A DNA stretch of 64,000 bases, taken from positions 992,001 through 1,056,000 of the forward strand of contig CAVYYI010000001.1 of assembly GCA_963772725.1 (NCBI GenBank). Reading direction: 5' to 3'. The stretch comes from an uncultured Phycisphaerales bacterium. Lineage in GTDB: Bacteria; Planctomycetota; Phycisphaerae; Sedimentisphaerales; Anaerobacaceae. The notes beneath the pieces are model-generated. The model searched no databases. It was not told the origin of the DNA and saw only the letters and a list, made by a program, of their open reading frames with translations. The translations under genes were made by a program, and so were the position numbers. How positions within the stretch are numbered: the stretch's first letter is position 1; each line of letters begins with the position of its first letter. Positions 38,847 to 51,197 of this stretch are shown piece by piece.

Positions 38847-40244
38847 ATGAAAACTTTTTCCATAAATACTCTCGGCTGCAAAGTTAACCAGTACGAAAGC
38901 CAGCAGGTTCGACAATTTCTCGAACAACTCGGCCTCACACTCGTTGCGACCCCGAACGACAGTGCCGACCTTATTATCATAAATACCTGCTGCGTAACCG
39001 GCACAGCGGCGGCAAAAAGCCGCAATTACATCAGAAAAGCAAAAAAGCTAAATCCTGACGCCATTGTAATCGTAACTGGCTGCCTTACAGCAACGGAACT
39101 TAACGAATATACACCAATAGAAAATACTTTTTTGATACAACATCGACATGAACTGGCAGCGACATTAAGCCAAATCGTTAATGACAAAAGATTTAAGTCA
39201 AATTTTGCAAACGCTGCCAAGCTTATCGATACCGATATTAAACACGAAATTGATGCAAAAATCAAGAATAAAGACTTACCTTATTTACCCGAATTACCAG
39301 AATTAACAGAATTTAAGGGTCAGACCCGCGCATTTCTTAAGGTGCAGGACGGCTGCGACGGTTACTGTACCTATTGTATTGTACCAAAAACAAGGCCAAT
39401 TGTTCAAAGTAAGCCCATTGAAACAGTCGTCCGCGAAGCGCAAGAACTTGTAAAAACTGGACATAAGGAGATTGTCGTTACGGGAATTTTCCTCGGAGCT
39501 TATGGTAAAAATACCGTTAGGCGAAAAAAATGGGCCGATAACGATGATAAAAAGCTGCCTAAACTGCTTGAAAAATTGTCGCAGATACCAAATTTATCGC
39601 GAATCAGATTAAGCTCACTGGAGCCGGGCGATGTAACGGAGAGGCTGTTAGATGTTTTTTGTGAACGTCATAACATTATGCCTCACATGCACTTATCGCT
39701 GCAGTCAGGCTCGGATAATATTTTAAAAAAGATGGTGCGGCAGTACAAGATTGGTGAGTTTATGAGGAAGGTTGAGCTGATAAGAACGCGGTTAGACAGG
39801 CCGGCGATTACCACTGATTTGATTGTCGGATTTCCGGGCGAGACAGAAGCGGATTTTCAGCAGACGGTCGAAATTTCTAAAGAAGTCGGGTTTTCCAGGA
39901 TGCACATTTTCCCCTTTTCGGCGAGAAAAGGCACAGCGGCAGCGAATATGCAAGACGTTCTAAATAAAGAGGTTATAAAAGAACGTGCGGCTATTTTGCA
40001 GGAGCTGAACCTGGAATTGGGTTATAAATTCCGGCAGCAATTTATCGGGGAAACAGCGGTTATTTTAACAGAGGAGATTAATGGCCAGTGCAGCGGACAT
40101 AGCGAAAGATATTTTCTTACCTATTTTAACACTAAGGGTAAAAAATTGAAAAAAAATGACTTAGTTAAAGTTAAATTGGTTGAAAATAGGAAAGATGGGA
40201 TGGTAGGCAACATAATATTGAATTCAGTAGACAGCAGGCAGTAG
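38847..40244 (+). CDS. mtaB: tRNA t6A37 methylthiotransferase (radical SAM)
   Basis: TLGCKVNQYES, NTCCVT, KVQDGCDGYCTYC motifs. Confidence 0.9.
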   Translation: MKTFSINTLGCKVNQYESQQVRQFLEQLGLTLVATPNDSADLIIINTCCVTGTAAAKSRNYIRKAKKLNPDAIVIVTGCLTATELNEYTPIENTFLIQHRHELAATLSQIVNDKRFKSNFANAAKLIDTDIKHEIDAKIKNKDLPYLPELPELTEFKGQTRAFLKVQDGCDGYCTYCIVPKTRPIVQSKPIETVVREAQELVKTGHKEIVVTGIFLGAYGKNTVRRKKWADNDDKKLPKLLEKLSQIPNLSRIRLSSLEPGDVTERLLDVFCERHNIMPHMHLSLQSGSDNILKKMVRQYKIGEFMRKVELIRTRLDRPAITTDLIVGFPGETEADFQQTVEISKEVGFSRMHIFPFSARKGTAAANMQDVLNKEVIKERAAILQELNLELGYKFRQQFIGETAVILTEEINGQCSGHSERYFLTYFNTKGKKLKKNDLVKVKLVENRKDGMVGNIILNSVDSRQ

Positions 40245-40834
40245 CTGAAATAACTCAAGACGCAGGATGAGACAGAATATTCAACATTAAACTCCGAACT
40301 CTTAACGCCGAATGAAAAAATTTACCGCCAAAGATGCGGAGGCTGCAGATTTTTTGGTGCAGGATTAACAGGATTTTCGATTTGCGATTTGGGATTGCGG
40401 GAAAATGAGGGAAAAATAGCCTGCCCGCAGGCGACAGGGCTAACCGCGGAATAAAGAAGGAAACCGCGAGGCAGGCCTTGCGGCTAAACAAAATATTTTC
40501 TTTGTGGTATTTGCACCGTTGCTTGAAAACAAAAGTGTGAAAGTTGTAAAGAGGCGAAAAGTGAGAAAGAGCAGGCGGGGGTTTAGCGGAAATCAGGTAT
40601 TTTTCACAAAAAGCGGTTTATGAGACGAAAAACGGGAACTTTTTAGCTAATTTTGTGTCTTAAAGGTACAGGCGCTATGCTATTTAGCCGACTATAGGAA
40701 TGTGAAAAATTTGCATAAAAAGCCAATAATAAGTAAAAGACTGCAAAAGATTTACGGGTGTAAAGCCCTATAATATAAAGGATTACGTATAGCAACAGGA
40801 ATTTAATACCTAATCCATTAAGGATGGAGCAGTA

Positions 40835-43800
40835 ATGGTCAAGAAAACTGAGTTTAAGGACGTGTTTGTCTTCGGGACAATAATGCTTCTGGCAGCATTT
40901 TGGGCTATTTCAGGCAGCGTTTTAGCGGCCCAAGGCGACCCAAACAGCGGCGGCCTGGCGAAATACCGTACCTATGCGTTAAAACATATCTCCGCGGATG
41001 CCGGTCGTAAGTACATTGATGACCTTAAGTTAGGTACGGTTTCAAGGCTGCAGGGTACAAATACCCTGCTGCTAACCGGCTACCAGAACGAACTGGTTAA
41101 AGCCAGCGCAATCCTGAAGCTTGTTGACTCGGAAAAGCAGTACACCGTAAAGGAGATAACACCGACTTTAGAGGCCAATAATCTGCCTTCCGCGGAGAAA
41201 ATTGCCGCCGCGATGGGTGCCGGAACGGTGATTGGCACATTCGCGAATCCTCCTTTAGAAGGCGTTAATAAGGCTATTATGGACGTTTGTGGCAAATCTG
41301 TAATTCTTATCGCGCCGGCGGATATTATGGAAAAACTGACATCGACAATTGCAGAGATTAAAAAATCCTTTGAGGCGGTTCCGGCAGAACCGAACAAACC
41401 CGCTGATCCCAATATACTCGTCGAACCCAACCAAACCACAGTGGCTATAGAAAAACCTTCTCTGTCGGAGGCTAACACACCGGCGGATGAGCTGTTCGGC
41501 AAGCTCGTTGAAACGCTCAATAAAGCGGAAAAACCCGTTGCGGGTCCGAATGAACCGAATTTAGCCGTTAAGGCGGAAAAGGCATCCCCCGCCGCGACAC
41601 CTCCAACCGTAACTGAGACGCCAAAAGTTGTTAAGGCCGCGGAGGCAAATGAGTCTGTTACGGTTAAGCTGCCCAGAGGCGAGGAAGCTATGACGACGGA
41701 GCCTAATAAGGCCGCTGCGCCGAGTTTTACGTCGCGACACTTTGAGCCGGAAACCTTGTCTATACCAGGCGAGTCGCTTGGATTTCAGATAGACTTGCCG
41801 GACAAAACGAATATCACATCACTGATTGAGCTTGTGGGCAAGAATTTGAAGCTGAACTTAATATACAACCCCGCAGTAGTAACAGGAGATGTTACGCTCA
41901 GGGTGCAGAATCCTGTTAAAATGAAGGACCTTTATCCTCTGCTCGAATCGGTGCTGAAATTCAAAGGCTTTGTGATGTCCCGCCGCAACGACAATATAAT
42001 AACGGTGGTGCCGGCGGCCAATGCAAGCGAGATTGACCCGCGTTTAATAGACGGCGCCGAGGTCAGGGTGGGAGACGTGGTTATCACCCATGTTTTTGTC
42101 CTCAAGTATATAAATACTACCAACGCAAAGAATCTTTTAGACAATATGAAACTCGGCTCAAATAATATAGTAACGATTCCTGAGACAAAGACGCTAATCG
42201 TAACGGAATTCGCATATAGAATGGAGCGTATAGAAAAACTGCTGAATTTGATTGACAGGCCGGGAGAATTGAAACAATTTAGGTACAGGCAATTGAAATA
42301 CACGATGGCGGCAAGCCTTGCACCAAAGGTTAAGGCGCTGGCTGAGCAGTTAGGCACAATAACGATAACAATCGCAGCGACAACCCCTGAAGCAGCTAAA
42401 CCGACGGGAGGGCCGGGCAGAATAGCGAGACCGACAACACCTGCACTGCTGCGACAACACCGCAGACTGAACCTGAAAAACCCACAGTGTATCTGGATTC
42501 GGACGAGCGAACAAACCGAATTTTAATGATAGGACTAAAGCAGGATTTGCCGGTGGTTGAAGAGTTGATAAACACGCTCGATGTTGAAAAACAGGACCTG
42601 CGTTCGCTGCGGGTTTATGAAATTCAGCACGTCGGGGCGGAAGAAGTTGCGATGAAGCTGACGGAACTTGGGATAATAAGCGGACTTCCCGGTAAAGGCG
42701 AAACACAGCAGAGGACTGGGCAGCGGGGACAGGCAAGAACTGGACAGATTTCTCAGCCGGCAGCGCAGGGCAGCCCCCACAGCCACGGCAACTACGGAGA
42801 CTGCCGAAGCTCCAACTGAAGAGCCGCAGGTAGTAATAATTGGGGCAACAAATTCGCTTTTGGTGAACGCAACCAACGAACAGCATATCCAGATAGCCAC
42901 AATTATCGGCTATGTTGACGCTGAAACGGATAAAACTTCCGTGCCATACGAGGTTTATCAGCTTGAAAATCAGGACCCGAATAAACTTTGTGCAATTCTC
43001 AAGCAGCTTTACGAGGAAACAATTCTACAGAAGTCCTCAAGCACCTCTACGGACGCGACTGCCAAGATAGTAGCACCCTCTACTGCTACAATCGTGAAAA
43101 AAATAGAAGAAAATATTACAATAGTCCCTGATCCATCAACATACTCGCTTATTGTTTACGCCAATAAATCCAATCAATTGTGGATAGGATCGTTAATTAA
43201 GCAGCTTGACCAATATCGCCCGCAGGTACTGCTTGACGTAACTTTAGTAGAGGTAACCAAAGACGATGCATTTAACTATGAGATTGACCTTGTCACAAAA
43301 CTACCAGAAATGGTTGGCGGTGGAACTATGCAGGGGACATCTGCAAAAAGTTCACAGGGAGTAACAGGACCAGCCGCATTAGTTTCACCATTTCCTAATA
43401 ACCAGGTTATTGAGGGAAGCTCTTTTGGTGGCCAGGGAAGTGCTTTCTATGCAGATCGGCACGTTCAGGCGCTGCTTACCGCAATGCAGACAAAAGGGTA
43501 TGGAAGAGTGCTTGCAAAACCAAAGATTCTCACCAATGACAATCAGCCGGGAGTCATTAAAACAGAAGATGTACAGAATGTTGTTCAATTAAAATCAAGC
43601 ATAATACCGACGAGCCACTACGGGAGGAACCTTTACAACGACATCTGACGTGAGTTATATCGAAGCTAAAGCTGGAATAACACTTACTATAAAACCCCAT
43701 ATAAGTAAAGGCGAGCAGCTTAGGCTTCAAATATCCTTGAAACGTACCGATTTTATTCAGCGTGAGGATACTGTGATAATTCAGGAAGATAAAAAGAACT

Positions 43801-44189
43801 CATATCCTACCCCTCCTGATACCACAACCAGCGATGTAAATACTGTTGTAACCGTTCCTAATAATACAACTATAATACTCGGTGGATTAGAAAAGTTAAA
43901 CCAGAATAAATCAGGGTCAAAAATTCCTATTCTTGGCGATATTCCGCTTATCGGCGGTCTGTTTAAAAATACAAATAATACCGATAAACAAAGCAGGCTC
44001 TATGTATTTGTTAAGGCACATATTCTGCACCCAGGTGAAGAAGGAACTTCAAACGAGGATGTGAAAAGAGTATCACGGGAAAATCGTCAGGCCTTTGAGG
44101 AATACGAAGAAAAATTCCAGAACCTCCAGGACTGGCCGGGTATAAAACCGAAACCTATGGACCCTGTAAAAATTCTGGAACTTGAATAA
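40835..44189 (+). CDS. gspD: Type II secretion secretin GspD (about 3 apparent frameshifts)
   Basis: Secretin N-domains, RPQVLLDVTLVEV, GITLTIKPHIS, KIPILGDIPLIGGLF spread across four ORFs. Confidence 0.88.
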
Positions 44190-44236
44190 GAAAAAAGCGA
44201 TAATAAATAGACAACGCTTAAGGTGTTGTATGAAAT

Positions 44237-45965
44237 ATGAAAGAGTTACTGATACAAACTGCGAAGGAAACAGGCCTTGTGGATGCGGGCCAATTGAAGG
44301 ACTTTCTTGAAAACAACAAAAGCACGGAACGTCTCGACGACGTTCTGTTAAGCTGTCCCTATTTTACGGAAGATAAGGTTTTAAAGCTTTTCGCAGCAGC
44401 ACTGGATATGGAGTATCTTCAGGAGATACCCGATAAGTCCATCTCGCCTGAATTCGTAGAGTCCGTGCCTACAACTTACGCGCAGCATCATTACCTCATC
44501 GGCATAAAAAAAGATCCCGCCGACGGTGAACTGACGGTTGTTTTATCCAAACCCTTAGATACCAACGCCCTCGATAATATTTCGAAAATGACAGGGCTGC
44601 CGGTTAAACCCGCAATTTCCACACGCACGACTATTACCGCGGCGATTGACCTGGCTTACGAGCAGCGGACAACGGTAATTGAAGAGGTCGCCGAAGAACT
44701 CGATTCGCAGAATCTCGACCAGCTTGTCGATGAGGTCGCCACATCGGACGATTTGCTGGATGTTGTGAATCGTCCGCCGGTGATCAGGCTGGTTAATGAT
44801 ATTCTGTTTCGCGCCTTGCAGTTGCGGGCCAGCGATATTCACGTTCATCCTTACGAGACAAAGATGCAGATCCGCTATCGCATCGACGGTATTTTGTACG
44901 ACACGCTGAGCCTGAACCGGAACGTGCTGTCCCTGATTATTTCGCGTATCAAAGTTATGGCGGGAATGGATATAGCCGAGCGGCGTATGCCGCAGGACGG
45001 CCGATGCACGTGTTCGCCTTGGGCAGCGAGAAGTGGATTTGCGTATAAGTACCGTGCCGACAAGCTACGGCGAGCGAAGCGTATTGAGAATACTGGATAA
45101 AAGCACAGCCCTTTTAGGTCTCAATGAACTGGGACTGTGGGAAGATGATTTGAAAAAATTCGATTCGCTGCTGACCCGGACGCACGGCGTTATTTTTGTA
45201 ACAGGGCCGACGGGCAGCGGAAAAAGCACAACGCTTTACGCCTGTCTTAACAGGATAAATTCGGCGGAAAAAAATATCATTACGATAGAAGACCCGATAG
45301 AATATCAGCTTGGGGGAATCAGCCAGATGCAGGTCGCCAATAAAAAAGGTATGACATTTGTCACATCGCTGCGGCACGTGCTTGCGTCAGGACCCGGACG
45401 TGATAATGGTCGGCGAGGTTCGCGACGTGGAAACCGCGCAGAATGGCGATACAGTCCTCTCTGACAGGACACCTTGTATTCAGCACCCTGCATACAAACG
45501 ACTCGGCCGGCGCGATAAGCCGGCTTCTGGATTTGGGCGTTGAGCCTTACTTGGTCAGTTCATCGCTGATTGCGGTGATGGCGCAGCGGCTTGTACGAAG
45601 AATATGCCCGGACTGCAGGCAAGCATATACCCCTACCGGTCACGAATTGAGAGAGCTGGGGCTGCTGGATGTTTCTGAAAATCCTCGCAGTTCATCGCAG
45701 GGGACAGGCAAGTTCTTTATTGGCGCAGGGCTGCGACAGATGTTTTCAGACTGGTTACAGGGGCCGAACAGGGGTTTATGAACTTATGATGATGGACGAA
45801 AAAATTCAGGATTTAGTGTACAGAAAAGAAAACGCTGGTACAATAAAAAAGGCGGCTCTCGAAGCGGGATTGCAGACTTTGAGGATGGACGGCGCCAGAA
45901 AAGCGATAGAAGGATTAACGACCATAGCGGAAGTCCTCAGAGTAACACAAGCCGACATATTATAA
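44237..45965 (+). CDS. gspE: Type II secretion ATPase GspE (several apparent frameshifts)
   Basis: [60 protein letters not shown] across consecutive ORFs. Confidence 0.92.
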
Positions 45966-45997
45966 GTTATGAGTTTTAAGCTTTAAGTTTATTAATT

Positions 45998-47212
45998 ATG
46001 CCGAGATACCATTACACAGCTATAACAACAAACAACAAGAAGAATAAGGGAACTGTTACGGCGGAAAGCCCTTATGCCGCCAGAAAACAGCTTCGTGTCC
46101 GTGGGATTCATCCTATCGCGGTTGAAGAGATAAACGCCGAGGTCGAAGACAAGATTAAAATGTTCGCAATTTTCTCAACGGGCAAAAAGACGCTGCTGAT
46201 AGATTTTACCAAGCAGATGGCAACTTTGCTCAATTCCGGAATTAAACTGACCGAATCGCTTTCGGTTCTGACGATGCAGGCCTCGGACGTCAGGTTTAAG
46301 AATATTCTTACCGATATACGCGACAGCGTCATTACAGGCGAATCGCTTACAGACGCAATGAAAGACTATGGCGATTATTTCGACGTCATATACACCAGCA
46401 TGGTTCACGTCGGCGAGGTTACAGGGGCTATCGGTGAAAGCTTCGCAACGATAGCCAGCTTTATGGAAAAACGTCAGCGTGTCGAATCGAAAGTAATGAC
46501 AGCAATGATATATCCATTGATTTTGATTGTTTTTTGCGTTATTGTCGTTATTATTTTGACCACAGCGGTTATTCCCAAAATAGCTGAACAAGTTACACGA
46601 ATGGGTCATAAACTGCCCTGGATTACGCAGCGGTTGATAGATGTAGGCAACACCATGACAAGCTGGCGCGTGTTTATATTGCTTGGAGTTATCGCCGCGA
46701 TAGTGTACGGTGTCAGGCGATTCCTGAAAACACCGCATGGCGCGTATATGAGGGATAAAACAATATTTTCTTTTCCTTTATTCGGAAATCTTATAAAACA
46801 GCGGGTAGTTTCGCGTTTTGCTTCGACTCTTTCGACGCTGTTAGGCTCTGGGCTGCCTATGGCCGAGTCACTCAGGGTAGTGGCAGAGGTAACTGGCAAT
46901 ATGCTGATGAAACAGGCGGTTCAGCAGGCAAGGGAGCGAATCCTTGCGGGCGCTGATATAGCGACGCCGCTTAGGGACAGCGGAGTTATTGACCCGGCTA
47001 TCGCCCACATGGTTGCGGTCGGGGAAAAAAGCGGCGAACTCGAGAAAATGTTGAAAAATATTAGTGACAACCTTGAGGCCTCCAACGTAGTGATCGAGAG
47101 ACTAGGCGCAGCGATTGAGCCGCTAATTATTATTGTTATGGCGTTAATTGTCGGTGTGATAGCTTATGCCACTATTTTGCCGATTTTAAGAATATCAGTA
47201 GGAAAATTTTAG
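45998..47212 (+). CDS. gspF: Type II secretion inner-membrane protein GspF
   Basis: FTKQMATLLNSG, AMIYP, VGEKSGEL, IEP motifs. Confidence 0.92.
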   Translation: MPRYHYTAITTNNKKNKGTVTAESPYAARKQLRVRGIHPIAVEEINAEVEDKIKMFAIFSTGKKTLLIDFTKQMATLLNSGIKLTESLSVLTMQASDVRFKNILTDIRDSVITGESLTDAMKDYGDYFDVIYTSMVHVGEVTGAIGESFATIASFMEKRQRVESKVMTAMIYPLILIVFCVIVVIILTTAVIPKIAEQVTRMGHKLPWITQRLIDVGNTMTSWRVFILLGVIAAIVYGVRRFLKTPHGAYMRDKTIFSFPLFGNLIKQRVVSRFASTLSTLLGSGLPMAESLRVVAEVTGNMLMKQAVQQARERILAGADIATPLRDSGVIDPAIAHMVAVGEKSGELEKMLKNISDNLEASNVVIERLGAAIEPLIIIVMALIVGVIAYATILPILRISVGKF

Positions 47213-47231
47213 ATTGGTTTTAAGGAGTTTT

Positions 47232-47690
47232 ATGAAGATGGACAGGAAATTTATCGAAAAGACACAAAAAGGTTTTACGATGGTCGAACTTATGGCCGTT
47301 CTGGTTATCCTCGGTCTGCTGTTCGGCCTGGTGGCCAAGAACTATATCGGTAATATCGAGAAAGCAAAGGTTATTACCACAAAAACAAAGCTCAAAGGAG
47401 CTACCCACGCCGCGGTCGTACAGTTCAAGATGGACACCGGTCGTTTCCCCACGGAAGATGAAGGCCTTAACGCTCTGATTGAAAAACCCAGTGATGTTAC
47501 CAACTGGGAGCCGGGCGGATACCTTCAAAGCACATCTATTCCGAAGGATGGATGGAAAAACGACTTTATTTATCGGCTGAATCCCGAGAGTGGAAAACCG
47601 TTTGACATTATCAGCTACGGAGCCGACGGACAAGAAGGCGATGGTGAAAATGATAATGATAAGGACCTCAGTAGTACAGACGCTGAATAG
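47232..47690 (+). CDS. gspG: Major pseudopilin GspG
   Basis: GFTMVELMAV prepilin motif, FKMDTGRFPT.EGL.AL, PKDGW, SYGADG. Confidence 0.92.
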   Translation: MKMDRKFIEKTQKGFTMVELMAVLVILGLLFGLVAKNYIGNIEKAKVITTKTKLKGATHAAVVQFKMDTGRFPTEDEGLNALIEKPSDVTNWEPGGYLQSTSIPKDGWKNDFIYRLNPESGKPFDIISYGADGQEGDGENDNDKDLSSTDAE

Positions 47691-48242
47691 GAAGCAAAAA
47701 CAGGAACAAGGATTCAGGCGTTCAGCATTCACCATGACTGAAGTTATAGTAGTGCTATGCCTGATCTCCCTGTTTATTCTTTTGGCCTGCTTAACCTTAC
47801 GGGTCTTTACAGAAAAAATGTCTTTAAGGGGCGCGTACAGGATTTTATTTCGACAATGCAGACCGCCGCAAACGCCGCCGCCGAAAGCGGCAAAAGATAC
47901 GAAGTTATTTTAGATTTGACGGAGCAGAGATATACTTTTCGCGAAATCAGCTCGAATAATTTAGCCGAGGTTTTGGAAGAGGAAATAATCGCGGAGCGTA
48001 ATTTCAGCGATAGTTGCCGTATTTCTTACGTGGTGTTCGACGATGGCGATTATACTTATGAAGGTCAGGCGAAATTCCGCGCCGGTCATTCAGGCTGGCA
48101 ATACGGCGGCAAGATTGTTCTTCTGGACGAGAGCGACCAGCCGTACTCAGTTATTATAAACCGGCTAAATAAAACCATCGAGTTAAACGAAGGAGATGTC
48201 ACGTTTTTAACGCCGAGAGGTATAGATGAAATGCCATTTTAA
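47683..48242 (+). CDS. Minor pseudopilin (GspH-like), apparent frameshift
   Basis: AFTMTEVIVVL prepilin motif in one frame, remainder in ORF 47757..48242; start uncertain. Confidence 0.7.
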
Positions 48243-48972
48243 CAAAATGTTCGCCAACACTGTCAGCACGGGAAACAATGCTCTCACGGGCTATAGCCTT
48301 GTGGAAACGATGGCTGCGCTGGCTATATTGGTAATCTTCACAACGGGCATATTTATTGTAATAAATCGCTGTGTGACCTCAGCAGCGGATACGACCCTCC
48401 AGATGCAAGCGCTCACCGTCGCGAGAGAAAATATGGAAAAGCTTCTTACCTCAAGCTCAGCACAGGAAAAAGTAGAATACGGCACAAGCGAAAGATACCC
48501 GGAAATTCAATGGAAAGTTACCGTTGAAACTTTTGCCGAACCTGTAAAATCCGAAGTTTGGGTAAGGGCTATTAGTTCGGCTGAGTATCCCGGTATTGAT
48601 GGTAATACACAAAGCATCGAACTAACGCATTGGCTGGTTAAGCTCGGCAAGGAGGAGGCGGCAAAAATCAAAGAAAGAGACGTTGCTTTGGAACAATTGG
48701 CGCTGGCCAGCGGAAAAAGCGTGGAGGAATTGAAATCAGAAATGCAGGACGGCACACCGCCGGAACCGACTAAAGAGAACCCGACAGAACCAGCTCAAAA
48801 CGATTCCGGTAAAACACAGGAACCATCAGGTACTGATACGAGTACCGAACCCAAGCCGCCGCCTAAGAACAATGACCTTGGTCTGCCTGACAACTGGAAC
48901 AGTATGTCTCGCGACGACCAGATTAGATGGCTGTTCCAAGACCTTATAAGGAGTAGAAGCAATAATCAGTAG
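48226..48972 (+). CDS. Minor pseudopilin (GspI-like)
   Basis: GYSLVETMAAL prepilin motif. Confidence 0.75.
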   Translation: MKCHFNKMFANTVSTGNNALTGYSLVETMAALAILVIFTTGIFIVINRCVTSAADTTLQMQALTVARENMEKLLTSSSAQEKVEYGTSERYPEIQWKVTVETFAEPVKSEVWVRAISSAEYPGIDGNTQSIELTHWLVKLGKEEAAKIKERDVALEQLALASGKSVEELKSEMQDGTPPEPTKENPTEPAQNDSGKTQEPSGTDTSTEPKPPPKNNDLGLPDNWNSMSRDDQIRWLFQDLIRSRSNNQ

Positions 48973-49810
48973 AAATTTAACATTATGTTTTCCTGTCCGA
49001 CAGCGTGGCTTTACACTGTTTGAGGTTCTTGCGGCGGTAATTATCGGCGCTATGGTACTGGTGGCGGTACTGGGGATTTACAACCAGGGCGAAACCTCGG
49101 CGATAGCTGTTACGCGCAAGCTCAACAGCACACAAATGCAAACCGAGGTACTTCAGCTTATCGCCGAAGACCTCAACGAAGTAACCGGAGGCGGAAACGA
49201 TACAAGAATTACGATTTCGAGAAACAAATTTGACCACTCTTATCCGAGCACAAAATGGAGATTGTAAAAAATATTTATGACAAAAACAATCAAAAGCAGG
49301 TATTCAAAAGGATAATCTGGCAAAGCAATTATGATTTTGACAGCAGCTTGAACGGGCTTGTCCTCTATCGAAGCTACAGCGGCATCGGCGGGGAAGACAA
49401 ACTGCTCGAACACGAACCGAAAGCCCGAAGAAAAAGGATCTTTTGTGCCGATTTGTGGAGGTGTTACTTACTTTAAGATACAGGCAATCCAGGATGCGAA
49501 CCTCACAAACCTTCTGGATGAATGGCCGAACGACGCTCTGCCGAAAGGTATTTTAGTAACCATTTCATTCGCTGAGCCTCTCAAGACCTTAACGGGGACT
49601 ATGGACGTTCCTGAGGAAGAAAAAATAACCAGGGTCATCGCAATCGACAGAACCCGGAAGATAAGCTTCGCAATCGCTAATATAACTATACCCGACCAGA
49701 ACGGCATACCGGAAGCAAACAGCGTCAAAGACCAGGGCAAAGTCAATGACCAGAACGGCGCAATTAAAGCGGGAACCCGAAATGTACCCGGCAGTTTAGG
49801 TGTTGAATAA
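48962..49810 (+). CDS. Minor pseudopilin (GspJ-like), apparent frameshifts
   Basis: RQRGFTLFEVLAAV at about 48998, continuing through three ORF fragments; start uncertain. Confidence 0.7.
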
Positions 49811-51176
49811 TGAATAGACGAAAAATTAACAACAGAATAAACAGCCGCAGCAGTTCAGGTATTGTGCTGTTGGTAACGCTGGTGCTGTTAGTTGTGCTTT
49901 CGATAATCGGATACACATTAACGGGCAGAGTTGTCTCTCAATGCCATCGCAACCGGTATCTGATAGATTATCAGGCGGCCCGCTACGCCTGCGATTCCGC
50001 TACAAAATACGCAATTGCTGAATTAAGCGAGATGAGCATTGCCGACCTCATCTCGCGTCCAAACGAGCCTGATTTTTCTGATTTATTCAAGCTCAGTGAT
50101 GACCAATATCAGGAGCTTCTCAGGGAGGCCGCCATAGCCCAATCGCTCGAACGCAAACAGTATTTACCCTCGCACTGATTACGGTGATGGCACAAATACG
50201 GACGTCAATACCGCCGGCATATCGAAAAAACTCAATTCAAATAACATCAACCAGATTGCCGATATGAACGATATGAACAGTCTTTTGGCGATGCTAAGCA
50301 GCGATAATGATGTCAGCGACGGCAATTCCCAGGAAGAAGTTACGATTCGTGGGCCTTACGGTCCGGAGTGGCCTTTTGTAACCGAACCCGTTGAGTTCGA
50401 GATTGGCACAGCGAAAGTGAAGATTGAAATTGAGGACGAAAACGCGAAATTTCCAATGGTATGGACATTATTGGCCGACGCCAACAATCTGCGTGCGTCC
50501 CAGGAAAGCTTTAGAACTTTCTGCGCATGGATGGATATAAACAATGCTGAGATAATACCGTTAAGAGAACAGACCATGCAGATTAGCGAAATAAAGCCAT
50601 TCAGCTTTAATTTTCAACCAATAAACACATCGGTAAGAGCTGCTGCCGCACCAACCAGGAGAACACTGCGAGGAAGCAATGTCGCCACACGAACGGCATC
50701 GGTTACCAAGCCGACAACCCTTTCGCCGTCGGTGAATCTAACCGACATGGCAAAACTTCTGCATAGTTCGCTGCTCGAACACCGATATCCTTGCCAGACC
50801 AACAATCGAAAGCTCAACAAGAAAAGAGTCTGCCTTGAAATATATGGGGATGTGGGGTTCTGACAAGGTGAATATAAATACCGCGCCCAGGCAGGTACTC
50901 GAGGCGGCTTTTGTATTCGGCGGCGACGCAGTCGATATCGCTGACGCAATTATTAAGCAGAGGCGCATAAAGCCTTTCAAAGACATAGATGAATTGAAAA
51001 AGTCTCTGTTCAGATATTCCGATTCCATCGGCAGGTGTGAACAATACATCACAACGAAGAGCAGCTTTTTCACGGTACATATAACGGTTGTCAGCGGCGT
51101 TGCGAAAGTGTCATCAGTAATCGCGATAATCAAAGACGGCACAAAAGCAGAGCAGATTGCGATGCTTTCAGATTAA
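49810..51176 (+). CDS. GspK-like pseudopilin, apparent frameshifts
   Basis: GIVLLVTL..L, IEDENAKFP, KVNINTAP, TTKSSFF motifs. Confidence 0.8.
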
Positions 51177-51197
51177 AATACTTTAGGAGTTTTAATA

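Noticed and set aside
40759..40787. GTAA...TTAC palindrome with AT-rich centre (similar at about 60455-60485) as a dif/Xer or regulator site
   Set aside because: Too degenerate to assign without a genome-wide scan.
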